DNA from: a virus
Taxonomy: Duplodnaviria; Caudoviricetes
Virus record (IMG/VR): IMGVR_UViG_3300035493_000087
Coordinates: 1 to 32,351 of that record
Length of the DNA: 32,351 bases
Strand: one strand, 5' to 3'
Both the position numbers and the translations under genes were made by a program. Below, piece after piece: positions 1 through 8,019 of this stretch. The notes below the pieces were generated by a model. The model saw only the letters and a list, made by a program, of their open reading frames with translations, had not been told where the DNA came from and ran no database searches. How positions within the stretch are numbered: position 1 is the first letter of the stretch; every line of letters starts with the position of its first letter.

Positions 1-2
1 GC

Positions 3-95
3 ATTCATGTGGATGCGGCAGATGAAGCGCCACCGGCCGGTGTTGATACGCCGGAGGACCTGGCGCGCATAGCGGCACTCCTGGCTGAACAATGA
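3..95 (+). CDS. kdsB: 3' end of 3-deoxy-manno-octulosonate cytidylyltransferase (host gene, partial)
   Basis: The frame from nt 3 reads IHVDAADEAPPAGVDTPEDLARIAALLAEQ*. GVDTPEDL is the conserved KdsB C-terminal motif. Confidence 0.88.
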   Translation: MHVDAADEAPPAGVDTPEDLARIAALLAEQ

Positions 96-129
96 GCCTG
101 ATGACAAACTGCAAACAGAAGGTGTTGAC

Positions 130-189
130 GTGAGCAGTAAAACTTCCATTCTTTTTGTTTGCCTGGGCAATACACAAACAGGCCAATAA
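130..189 (+). pseudogene. 5' fragment of a low-molecular-weight protein tyrosine phosphatase gene, truncated by prophage integration
   Basis: GTG at 130 after AGAAGG gives MSSKTSILFVCLGN then TQTGQ*. ILFVCLGN is the start of the LMW-PTP CLGNICRS P-loop, and an LMW-PTP gene directly after kdsB is a known gammaproteobacterial arrangement. Confidence 0.8.
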
Positions 190-260
190 CCTGCTGAAAT
201 AAAAGGCGCTTTTCGGAATTTCTCAAAACTTTCGCAATACTTTCGAAAAACGAAAAGCGC
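150..260. other. attL region: core near 157-172 plus candidate integrase arm-type repeats
   Basis: Similarity to the host gene stops at about 172. TTTCG(G/C/A)AA repeats occur at 211, 230 and 241, just beyond the integrase stop codon. Confidence 0.55.
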
Positions 261-261
261 C

Positions 262-1401
262 TTATATCGCAAGATCGGCGGACACGACTGTCCATTCTAT
301 GCCGTGACCATCCAGATAATGTTTGGTCATCTTGGCGTCGGTGTGGCCGAGAAGTGCCTGCGGATCGATACCCTGATCGCGGTAAAGGTGGGCGCCCAGT
401 GAGCGGATTTCGTGGAAGGTGGGGCGCTGCTTTGGCGGCAGGTCATCGAACAGGCCGCTCCTGTTCCTGGCGCTGGCAAAGCCTCTGGTAATATTGTCGG
501 GCTGCAGTGGCATGCCGGGCTTTACTTCAGTGTGTGTTGCGCCGGCAGCCTTGCGGCCGTGCAGGTGGTGGATCAGGTGGCGGCTGACGATGCCGGTCTT
601 GCGGCAGCGACTGATGATGTCGGCCAGTGCCGGGGTGATCTGGATCGCCAGGTGTGCGGCTTCATTGACCGCATCGGCGCGGCTGGACTTTTTGGCTTTC
701 GAGGTTTTCTGCTGGGCCACGTACAGCACGCCTTCACGGATATCCTTGAACTGCATGGCGGCGATATCTTCACGGCGCTGCAGTGTGATCAGTGCGATCA
801 TCATGGCGTTTTGGATGTGTGCTGGCGCCAGTTTGTAGATCGCATCGAACTGGGCTTTGGTCAGGCGGGTACGCTGAACCTTCGCATCAACCGGCAGCGT
901 TTTGGCGGCAGGGTTTTGATCAGCCAGGCCGTTGGCCACGGCGTAGTCGAAGCACTTGATCAACTGGCTACGCATGCGTGCGGCCATCCTGCGCTTGCCG
1001 TCGCACAGCCATTTGTCAAGGAATTCGGCGCAGTGGTAAACGGTCACGTCGATTACGGGTATGTCGCCCAGCGTGTCCTTCATCAGTGAGATGTCGTATT
1101 TCAGCCCCCGGACACTCTTCTCGGCCAGGTTCTTCTCTTCGAGCCGGATCCGTTCGTACTTCTCCAGCCACGCTGAGAACAGCGCAGTCTTGCCCAGTAC
1201 TCGGTCGACCATCGGTACCTCTATCATCAGCATGCTGTTAAGCTGCTGCGCGGCCAGTATCGCCTGAGTCCTGTCAGCGCCCATGCCGTGTGACTTGCCG
1301 GTTTTCGGATGTTTGTACCGGTAGTAGACGGCGCGACCTTTGCGATCGGCGTAGAGGTTGGGGGGCAGGTCGCGGTTGCCCCGTTTGCGTGGCCTGTTCA
1401 T
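262..1401 (-). CDS. int: Tyrosine integrase, lambda-like, with N-terminal arm-binding domain
   Basis: N-terminus MNRPRKRGNRDLPPNLY...YYRYKHP. Catalytic residues R (TLQRREDI), HEIR, LLGH and Y (MTKHY). ATG at 1401 overlaps the xis stop. Confidence 0.95.
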   Translation of the reverse strand: MNRPRKRGNRDLPPNLYADRKGRAVYYRYKHPKTGKSHGMGADRTQAILAAQQLNSMLMIEVPMVDRVLGKTALFSAWLEKYERIRLEEKNLAEKSVRGLKYDISLMKDTLGDIPVIDVTVYHCAEFLDKWLCDGKRRMAARMRSQLIKCFDYAVANGLADQNPAAKTLPVDAKVQRTRLTKAQFDAIYKLAPAHIQNAMMIALITLQRREDIAAMQFKDIREGVLYVAQQKTSKAKKSSRADAVNEAAHLAIQITPALADIISRCRKTGIVSRHLIHHLHGRKAAGATHTEVKPGMPLQPDNITRGFASARNRSGLFDDLPPKQRPTFHEIRSLGAHLYRDQGIDPQALLGHTDAKMTKHYLDGHGIEWTVVSADLAI

Positions 1402-1595
1402 GCTGACCTCAGTACACGTTCCACCATGCGATCGGCTTCTGTCAGGGTCTCGTAGACCCACCATTTCCCGCCAAACTTCACACCATCAACATGGCCGTTC
1501 TTGATCCAGTTGATGATGGTCTTCTGGGTCGGACGCGATTCGGGTGTGAACTCCCGCTCCAGGTACTGCTCAATGCTCATCTTGCGTTTGCGCAT
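1398..1595 (-). CDS. xis: Excisionase-like protein
   Basis: 65 aa winged-HTH-like sequence (TIINWIKNGHVDGVKFGGKWWV) with an ATGA overlap onto int. Confidence 0.8.
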   Translation of the reverse strand: MRKRKMSIEQYLEREFTPESRPTQKTIINWIKNGHVDGVKFGGKWWVYETLTEADRMVERVLRSA

Positions 1596-1598
1596 TGT

Positions 1599-1685
1599 TC
1601 AATCCTCATCCTCCATGGCCGCCCTGATCATCATCCAGGCGACGGCCAGTGTTGTTGTTGCTAGAAATATCAGCAGCTGGGTCAT
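1599..1685 (-). CDS. Small single-TM peptide (28 aa)
   Basis: MTQLLIFLATTTLAVAWMMIRAAMEDED*. It fills the gap and overlaps the upstream gene by ATGA. Confidence 0.5.
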   Translation of the reverse strand: MTQLLIFLATTTLAVAWMMIRAAMEDED

Positions 1686-2020
1686 TCCGGTTGGGCCTGT
1701 GCGGCGGCGATCATGGTTCGGTACACGCGATCTGCAATCTGATGGTGACGTGATTGGCGCGAAGAGCTACACCAGTTTGCAATCTCTGATTCAGCAGCGT
1801 GTTTTTGCTGCTGTGTAGGCTCAACCGGCACCATCACATAACCTTCGGGAATGTGGCGGGTATTCCATGCCTCCAAATCTTGCGGGCTATCCAATATGAC
1901 CGAAGGCATTTTCCCGCCTCTGCAATCGGGTGTTACACATCTGGCTGTCGGGTTCAATTCGTGCCGCGTTTTCTCAAGCTCGTTTCCGCAAAACGGGCAG
2001 GGCTTCAATTCTTTGCTCAT
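1682..2020 (-). CDS. Lar-family (restriction alleviation)-like zinc-binding protein
   Basis: N-terminal LKPCPFCG and the AWNTR motif. Confidence 0.65.
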   Translation of the reverse strand: MSKELKPCPFCGNELEKTRHELNPTARCVTPDCRGGKMPSVILDSPQDLEAWNTRHIPEGYVMVPVEPTQQQKHAAESEIANWCSSSRQSRHHQIADRVYRTMIAAAQAQPE

Positions 2021-2187
2021 CGGTTTCTCCGATTCATTTGCCGTGACACCGCCCGCCAGTCCCAGTATGTAGGGCGGACGGGCTCCAGGCTGGCGCGCAT
2101 TGATCCGTACATCACCGCATCAGCCTGAGCGGTGATTGGCGCCGTCATGGTCCCGGCGACGGCCAGGGCGAGTTTGGATTTCTTCAT
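2017..2187 (-). CDS. 56-aa secreted peptide resembling the N-terminus of a Gram-negative porin
   Basis: MKKSKLALAVAGTMTAPITAQA-DAVMYGSMRASLE... ATGA overlaps at both ends. Not listed in the ORF track because it is below the size cutoff. Confidence 0.65.
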   Translation of the reverse strand: MKKSKLALAVAGTMTAPITAQADAVMYGSMRASLEPVRPTYWDWRAVSRQMNRRNR

Positions 2188-2438
2188 TGGTCACATTCCC
2201 ATCCCAAATGCTGCGCCAATCGATCAGCCACTTCTGATTGCAAGTCATCGTCATCTGTAACCAGCGCCTGATGCGCCTCTTCGATCAACTGATCTTTTTC
2301 AAAGCTGCGCTCGATCTCATCAAAGATGGATGCCGAAATAGTCCGGCCGCCCAACACCTCGCTGCCCAGTTTGATATCGGGCCAGTCCTGATCGGCCTCG
2401 TATTCCATCACCAGGGTGACGTATTTCTTGTCGCTCAT
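2184..2438 (-). CDS. Hypothetical phage protein (acidic)
   Basis: Coupled ORF within the leftward operon. Confidence 0.65.
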   Translation of the reverse strand: MSDKKYVTLVMEYEADQDWPDIKLGSEVLGGRTISASIFDEIERSFEKDQLIEEAHQALVTDDDDLQSEVADRLAQHLGWECDQ

Positions 2439-2773
2439 GCTGAATGGCCCTCCTTCGTTATGGCTTCAGCGATTTCGGCTTTACTCATCAGAACCGTCCC
2501 GTTCGCTGACGCAACGCCGCGGTCGGAAACAAAGCTGTCACAACAGCCGCAAGGGCACACATACACGCCGCATAATCCCCAATTGAGCTGCCCGGATACC
2601 GGCTTGCTTGTATCAATCTCGGCATAAAATCCATCAGGCCAGCTTTCAAGCGGGTTGATAGTGGAAGTGCCTAGTGGATTATCAAATCCGCCCGGCTTTC
2701 GCCAATAGCATTCGTGCGGCGCCACACCGAAAACGGGGTAATACTCGCACTCTGATTGCTGTTCAATTTCCAT
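2435..2773 (-). CDS. Hypothetical Cys-rich phage protein
   Basis: ATG at 2773 after GGGGAGG; overlaps its neighbours. Confidence 0.6.
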   Translation of the reverse strand: MEIEQQSECEYYPVFGVAPHECYWRKPGGFDNPLGTSTINPLESWPDGFYAEIDTSKPVSGQLNWGLCGVYVCPCGCCDSFVSDRGVASANGTVLMSKAEIAEAITKEGHSA

Positions 2774-2969
2774 TAGCAACCTCCCCAATCGTCGTAAACT
2801 GGAAACCCTCCGGCAGCTTCTGAACCGGCAGGGCCCCAGTATCAGATAGGACTGATGCCATCTGCACCAGGATCATCAGCTGCTCATGCGGTAGGGTGAC
2901 GGCGTATGCCTGGCCACCGGTTTCAATAAACAGGGCGATTTTGTCGATATCTGCTTGGCGTTGCGTCAT
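2763..2969 (-). CDS. Hypothetical phage protein
   Basis: Coupled ORF within the operon. Confidence 0.6.
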   Translation of the reverse strand: MTQRQADIDKIALFIETGGQAYAVTLPHEQLMILVQMASVLSDTGALPVQKLPEGFQFTTIGEVANGN

Positions 2970-3175
2970 TCTGTTTCCACCTCAATCTTGTGTTCACAAT
3001 CCCTCACAGCCATGCTGACCGGGATGCCTTTGTAATTCGAAATACCTGCCTTCCGATCCCATGCCACCCAAGCCATGTAACGCTGACAGGTCTTGCGTTC
3101 GGGACAGGTTTCACTTCGCAGCGGGTCGAAGTCGTGCCGGCCTGAGCACCGGGATACGTCAAGGGGTAGGGTCAC
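2966..3175 (-). CDS. Hypothetical Cys-containing phage protein
   Basis: GTG start after AAGGAG; contains DVSRC...CP...C.RY. Confidence 0.6.
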   Translation of the reverse strand: MTLPLDVSRCSGRHDFDPLRSETCPERKTCQRYMAWVAWDRKAGISNYKGIPVSMAVRDCEHKIEVETE

Positions 3176-3242
3176 TGCCTTTCTCCTTGCTGTATAGCTG
3201 TGATCTGGTTCACTGAAGGAGGGAACGGCATTGAGAACTCGA

Positions 3243-4136
3243 TCATGCCGCTGCCTCCGTCACATCAAACAGCCCGATCGGCTGCCACTCATGCAGATCA
3301 ACACCGCTTTCGAATCGCTTGCCCCACTCGCGAACAGACAAACGGCGACCATTGATCTGCTTAACGAACAGCCTCGCACCCTCAGCCCAGCTATCTCGTT
3401 TCCACATGCCTCGCAGCGCACGACCAGCAGCGTCTGTCGGCTTGCCAGCATCAAGCCACGCCTGGTGCTTAGCATTGCTGGCTTCACGAAATCCGTCCTC
3501 GATCTCGACCGCCTTTGCCCACTCTTCCTGATGATTCAGATACATATCCTTGAGCTCCTCTTCACTCATGAACGGGCAGAAGAAGCAGCTCGACTTGTGA
3601 ACACCGCACCACCCCATATCAACCAACAAGCGGTCCAGCTTCTGTCGGGTCAGGCCAAGTTCAACCAACGGGTACCGGTACTCGGCGCAGCCATCCTTTG
3701 GAGCTGAAAAGCGCTTAACTCGACGCCCTTCGTCAGCCTCAATACCGATCTGCCAGACGGGCTGCATAATTCCTTCCGCTTTGGCCCAAGCCGCCAGCAC
3801 GTCACCCTTGAACTTCATCGAGCAAATATGAGAACCGCCCGGCAGGACTGGAACAGTACCCAGTCGCTTGCACCACTCAAAGATGGTTTCGCCAGCTTTG
3901 CGAGTAACGCAGAGCCGGTCGCCCAGCAGCTCGGCCACACGGTCAATTATCTTGTAGGTCACGGCGAACTCAGCACCTGTGTCAGCAAACACAGCTTTGT
4001 CGAATGGAGGGAATGCGCTATCCAGCTCACTGCGCTCAATGCCCAGGTACTCAGAAACCTGATCACGGTTCGCATCGATCACGACCAGCGCAGTACTATC
4101 AACGCCGCCGCCATAGCTCAGGATGACTTGCCTCAT
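3243..4136 (-). CDS. PAPS-reductase / adenine nucleotide alpha-hydrolase-like protein
   Basis: PP-loop SYGGGVDS, plus FADTGAE, CSMKFK, GIEADE, YPL and KSSCFFCPF. Confidence 0.8.
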   Translation of the reverse strand: MRQVILSYGGGVDSTALVVIDANRDQVSEYLGIERSELDSAFPPFDKAVFADTGAEFAVTYKIIDRVAELLGDRLCVTRKAGETIFEWCKRLGTVPVLPGGSHICSMKFKGDVLAAWAKAEGIMQPVWQIGIEADEGRRVKRFSAPKDGCAEYRYPLVELGLTRQKLDRLLVDMGWCGVHKSSCFFCPFMSEEELKDMYLNHQEEWAKAVEIEDGFREASNAKHQAWLDAGKPTDAAGRALRGMWKRDSWAEGARLFVKQINGRRLSVREWGKRFESGVDLHEWQPIGLFDVTEAAA

Positions 4137-4792
4137 GCCGCCGACCTCCCCTGCGCCGGCTCTGCATCCACCGGCGAAATCTTCACCCGCACCTGCGGAT
4201 CCTCGGCATCGTGGTTTGCAAGACTCACCGCTTTTACCGAAACGCTGCGCTGGATTGCAAATAGTTCGAGCGGCAAGTCTCTATCGTGCTGATTCAGCGC
4301 CATGAATTGCTGGAGGATTTCCTTCAGCTGATCGCGCTCTTGTTCAAGCTCTTCAATGAAAAACTGGTTCTTAGCCTCCAGCTCTGCTTGTGCAGTCGTG
4401 TATACCCGCAACCGTTCCACCTCGGCCTGCAGCCACTCAGCCTTTTCATTAAGCGCAACAAGATCGCGAGCCGACATAAGGCTGGCGGCACGCATGCTGT
4501 CATGGTTGTTGATGGCGTAGGCTATGACCGCCGCCTGTTTTTCGGTTAAGCAGTCAGCAAAATACTCCGCCTGATCGACTATGTTTTCGCCCTCGCTATA
4601 TACAGGGAGGCTGAACACCTCACACATTCTCGGTACTTCGAAACAGCCTGGACTGGCCTTCGGCAGCAGCGTATCAACCAGCGCTGCCGCAAACTCATAC
4701 ACGTACGGGTTCAGGTCTTCGGATCCGTCCGGCTGGGTTTTCAGCTTGAAGCCATTGGCCAGGGCCAGGGCTTTGATCTGTTCACGATGCAT
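4133..4792 (-). CDS. Hypothetical mosaic (Ead/Ea22-like) coiled-coil protein
   Basis: ALANGFKLKTQPDGSEDLNPYVY motif typical of phage early proteins, followed by an LQAEVERLR coil. Confidence 0.65.
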   Translation of the reverse strand: MHREQIKALALANGFKLKTQPDGSEDLNPYVYEFAAALVDTLLPKASPGCFEVPRMCEVFSLPVYSEGENIVDQAEYFADCLTEKQAAVIAYAINNHDSMRAASLMSARDLVALNEKAEWLQAEVERLRVYTTAQAELEAKNQFFIEELEQERDQLKEILQQFMALNQHDRDLPLELFAIQRSVSVKAVSLANHDAEDPQVRVKISPVDAEPAQGRSAA

Positions 4793-5249
4793 GGTTTTGC
4801 TCCTTGCTGTCTTCATACTCGGGTCTTGCGGGTGGATAAGCATCAGCCTTCATCGCCTGATCTATCGCTGCACGTAAGTCTTCGCGGTAGTTTTCACCTA
4901 CGACCCGCTCCCACGGCTTAGCCATAAAGTGGCCTATGATCTCGATTGCTACATCCTCACCAGCATCACCCAGGTAGCGCACATCCCAGCAGTTGGCCTC
5001 AATGGCATCGATTCGCTTTTTGTCTTTGCGCAACCGCTCCACCTCGGCCTGCAGCCGCTTCCGCTCATCATCGATCTGTCGGTACATGTCGGCGTTGTAC
5101 CGGTTGCTGAACAGCAGTCGCTCGTTTTCTTCCTGCAGCTTCTCAGTGCAATACTTGGCAAACAGCTTGGTGCTCACCGTGGTGACGTACTTGCCGTTGC
5201 TGCCTTCCGGGAACTCGATGAACTCATCGAAAAGCTGATCAATGTCCAC
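4782..5249 (-). CDS. Hypothetical coiled-coil phage protein
   Basis: Contains LQAEVERLR and DLRAAIDQAM motifs. Start codon uncertain. Confidence 0.6.
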   Translation of the reverse strand: MDIDQLFDEFIEFPEGSNGKYVTTVSTKLFAKYCTEKLQEENERLLFSNRYNADMYRQIDDERKRLQAEVERLRKDKKRIDAIEANCWDVRYLGDAGEDVAIEIIGHFMAKPWERVVGENYREDLRAAIDQAMKADAYPPARPEYEDSKEQNHAS

Positions 5250-5412
5250 TGTCTTCACTCCTCTCAAATTCGGTACACCGCACGATTACCAGGCTTTCAC
5301 CTTCTTCCTGCTTGACCACCAGATGCGGCATGTCTTTAAACGGCAGGGCGCTGCAGTCTTCGTCTTGATGGGCGCAGCTGGCGCACATGCCGCCTTTGGG
5401 GATCCACTTCAC
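5239..5412 (-). CDS. Hypothetical small Cys protein
   Basis: GTG start; MKWIPKGGMCASC...IVRCTEF; GTGA overlap with the upstream gene. Confidence 0.6.
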   Translation of the reverse strand: MKWIPKGGMCASCAHQDEDCSALPFKDMPHLVVKQEEGESLVIVRCTEFERSEDSGH

Positions 5413-5660
5413 TGCAGCCTCCGGGTTGCCAGTCGGCACAGGGCCTCGATGTCGGTCTGCAGTTCGTAGCGGTTGGGGTGCAGGGCAAAGCGTTCGCTGC
5501 CCAGGCTGGCGCTGATGCCGGTCTGGTCGACTTGCACTGTCATGCCAGCCGGCAGTCGGCCACTGACGAATGCGAGGCATTCGGCTATGACGGAGTGGTC
5601 TTTCTGTTCGACGGTTTCCGTCTGCAGGTATGCGGCGGCTTTACGCTGTATTCCTAACAT
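5409..5660 (-). CDS. Hypothetical phage protein
   Basis: ATG after AAGGAG; coupled to neighbours. Confidence 0.6.
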   Translation of the reverse strand: MLGIQRKAAAYLQTETVEQKDHSVIAECLAFVSGRLPAGMTVQVDQTGISASLGSERFALHPNRYELQTDIEALCRLATRRLQ

Positions 5661-6703
5661 GATGTTTCTCCTTGGATGCGGGGCTGGCGCGTCACTGCAC
5701 TGACGGCCTGCCATAGCACTGACATGCGGCCGTATGGTGACCCGGCTGTGCTCTTGCCGGCTTTGTAGACTCGGTCCTGCTTGCTCAGGATGGTGAGCGT
5801 GGTGGCGACGGTTTCGAAGCGGATGCCGGTTTCGGTTGAGATCTGGCGCGTGGTCTTGGGTTGAAACTGGATGGCATCGAGGATCATCTGGCGGCAGGTT
5901 TTGTCGGGGTCGGCCAGTGTGTGTTCAGTGGTGGCGACTTCGACCAGTGACAGGGCCCAGATGCTGGGTCGCAGTTCTGCCGGTGCGCTGAAGTAGCCGT
6001 TCTGGTTGAGCATCGATAGCTGGCGCCGGCTGATGCAGGCCAGGTTGTCGATGTCGAAGTTGCGCCGATCGGTGTCCTTGAATATGACGACGTGGCCCTT
6101 TGGCAGCGGCTTGTTGTTGGCGACCTCCCACAGGTGGCGTTGCTTGGCGACCCAGTAGGACTCTCGGCCCGTCCATGGGTTTGGCCCCGGCACCTTGATC
6201 TCGATGTAGCCGGTGTTGGCTTCGCGCTCGGCGTACATCGGCATGGTGTTGTCGGGCCGCTGGCCTTTTGAAAAGCTGCCCCTATTCGGCTTGCAGACGC
6301 CTTTGGTGCCGGCATTCCATGGGGTGCGTGTGCCGAACTGTCCGGTGCGGCCACAGATGATGCCGTTGCGCTTGAGCCAGGCAATGATCTGGTTGACCGT
6401 GAGGCTAGTGCCCCATTGCTGGTTGAACGCATCGGTGACCTGGTGCCGATCGAGCGTTTTGTAATGCTCGATCAGCCAGGCTGCCTGTTCATCGGTCATC
6501 AGTCTGTTTTTTCCCAGCCGGATGGCACCACGTTTGCGACCGCAGGTGATACGGTAGTTCTTGAGGGCCGACCGGATGGTGCCAACGGCTTTGTCAGTCC
6601 CGAACCGGGCATTGAAGGCGTCCGTCAGTGAGTAGAGATCCAGACGCGGATACTCCTCTCGCAGAAACTGGAGCATCGCGTCGGTGTATCGGAACCGCTG
6701 CAT
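5654..6703 (-). CDS. HNH endonuclease-domain protein with tandem N-terminal helical repeats and a C-terminal HTH
   Basis: HNH_3-like HLWE...GHVVIFKDTDRRNFDIDNL, two ~55-aa N-terminal repeats and a wHTH-like tail. Confidence 0.78.
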   Translation of the reverse strand: MQRFRYTDAMLQFLREEYPRLDLYSLTDAFNARFGTDKAVGTIRSALKNYRITCGRKRGAIRLGKNRLMTDEQAAWLIEHYKTLDRHQVTDAFNQQWGTSLTVNQIIAWLKRNGIICGRTGQFGTRTPWNAGTKGVCKPNRGSFSKGQRPDNTMPMYAEREANTGYIEIKVPGPNPWTGRESYWVAKQRHLWEVANNKPLPKGHVVIFKDTDRRNFDIDNLACISRRQLSMLNQNGYFSAPAELRPSIWALSLVEVATTEHTLADPDKTCRQMILDAIQFQPKTTRQISTETGIRFETVATTLTILSKQDRVYKAGKSTAGSPYGRMSVLWQAVSAVTRQPRIQGETSC

Positions 6704-6704
6704 A

Positions 6705-6950
6705 TCAGGACCCTTTCGGGCCGGTGAGCGCTGCAGGCATATCGCCGGTGCGCCAGCCGGTGTGCTCGACTTTGAACTTGGCGGCATCCAACTGGGTGCG
6801 CGCGTTGTTGACGATGTCTTTGGAGATGCCGGACAGGGCGGTTGCCCGTTTGATTTCGGCTTCGAGTTCATCGCTGTTGAGCTCGCTGTTGCCCAGGCGG
6901 TCCAGTTGGGCGAACAGGTGGGCGTTGAGGTCGTTCAGGGTGTTGCTCAT
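6705..6950 (-). CDS. Conserved phage protein, usually found upstream of HNH genes
   Basis: MSNTLNDLNAHLFAQLDRL motif; AAGGAG ribosome binding site. Confidence 0.75.
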   Translation of the reverse strand: MSNTLNDLNAHLFAQLDRLGNSELNSDELEAEIKRATALSGISKDIVNNARTQLDAAKFKVEHTGWRTGDMPAALTGPKGS

Positions 6951-7837
6951 TGCGGATCTCCTTTGAATGGGGCCGCGCCGTTGTCTTCTGCATCGAGCGC
7001 TGCCAGTATCTCTATTTCTGCAAATTCGCGTTCGTGCAGCTCGATCACGAATGCCAGGCAGCACATGGCGTGCGCAAGGTGTGGCAGGCCGGTTTCGGGG
7101 TCGCTGTGTTCGCCGATCCTTTGGGCGTTGATGTGGCGCAGTGCTGCGGCGATGTAGCGGTTTTCAGCATCGGGTACATGCTGCCAGTTGCCGGGGGCGT
7201 ACTTGTTGGCGCCGAAGGTGAGCACTCTGGCCAGCATTTCCTCTGCCCTGGGCGGGATCAGGTCGAAGCGGGGTTTGTCCTGGTCGTGCTTGATGCCGAC
7301 CTTTTCGTTGGCGTCACCGGAATGGTTGCCGACCATTTTGCGGGCGTCAGCAATATGGTCTGAACTGCCCGGCACTTCCGGAGGGTTGGGCTTGAGGCCG
7401 GGATGTATCACGCGATCTACGCTGCCCGGGTTGGGTGCCATGCAGCCGATCCATTGTTTCGAGCCGCTTTTCCAACACTCCCAGCCGTACTGGCCTAGTC
7501 GGAAATAGTAGCTCCCTGTAACGTGGGTGGCGGTATCCAGTGGCGGCAGCGCTACCAGAGTGTTGATAATGGCTTGCTCTGGCCGCGGGGCGTGCAACCA
7601 GTCACGGCCGTCTTTTGCTCGCCAGAACCACCATTTGCCATCATGCGCGATTTTGTACCAGCCCGGAACATGACCGATTGCGCCCGGGCTCCAGTAGTGC
7701 GCGGCCGCCGGTCGCTGATCGGCTGGCTCGATTCGGGTGTCGACGTGCCGCTGTTCGTCGCCAGTGTCTTCCAGGTAGTGGTCACCTGTCGGGCCGTTTT
7801 GGCCGATGATGTCCATGCGGCTTACTTGATTGCCCAT
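6947..7837 (-). CDS. Protein with a C-terminal dATP/dGTP diphosphohydrolase-like (DUF5664) domain
   Basis: GIKHDQDKPRFDLIP...VLTFGANKYAPGNW...RYIAAALRH...DPETGLPHLAHAMCC. Confidence 0.8.
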   Translation of the reverse strand: MGNQVSRMDIIGQNGPTGDHYLEDTGDEQRHVDTRIEPADQRPAAAHYWSPGAIGHVPGWYKIAHDGKWWFWRAKDGRDWLHAPRPEQAIINTLVALPPLDTATHVTGSYYFRLGQYGWECWKSGSKQWIGCMAPNPGSVDRVIHPGLKPNPPEVPGSSDHIADARKMVGNHSGDANEKVGIKHDQDKPRFDLIPPRAEEMLARVLTFGANKYAPGNWQHVPDAENRYIAAALRHINAQRIGEHSDPETGLPHLAHAMCCLAFVIELHEREFAEIEILAALDAEDNGAAPFKGDPQ

Positions 7838-8019
7838 CGGTTGATCTCCTTTGCATCCAGTCGGTTGCCTTTCATGTCCCGCCAGTCCGGATCGCAGTCG
7901 CGGTTGAGGACGTGGTTGGGGCGGGTGCCTTCGATGGTGCGGCCATCGGTCATGATCAAAATGAGCGGTACGCCGGGTGTCGGCAGGGTGCTGGCGGGGT
8001 GGAATTCACGCTGTTCCAT
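7822..8019 (-). CDS. Hypothetical phage protein
   Basis: Coupled ORF. Confidence 0.6.
   Translation of the reverse strand: MEQREFHPASTLPTPGVPLILIMTDGRTIEGTRPNHVLNRDCDPDWRDMKGNRLDAKEINRWAIK

Noticed and set aside
5-295. 96-aa minus-strand ORF
   Set aside because: It is antisense to kdsB and the phosphatase fragment and spans the att region, so it is a shadow ORF.
6947-7837. Z-genome (2-aminoadenine) pathway
   Set aside because: No PurZ-like or phage DNA polymerase gene is present in the window.
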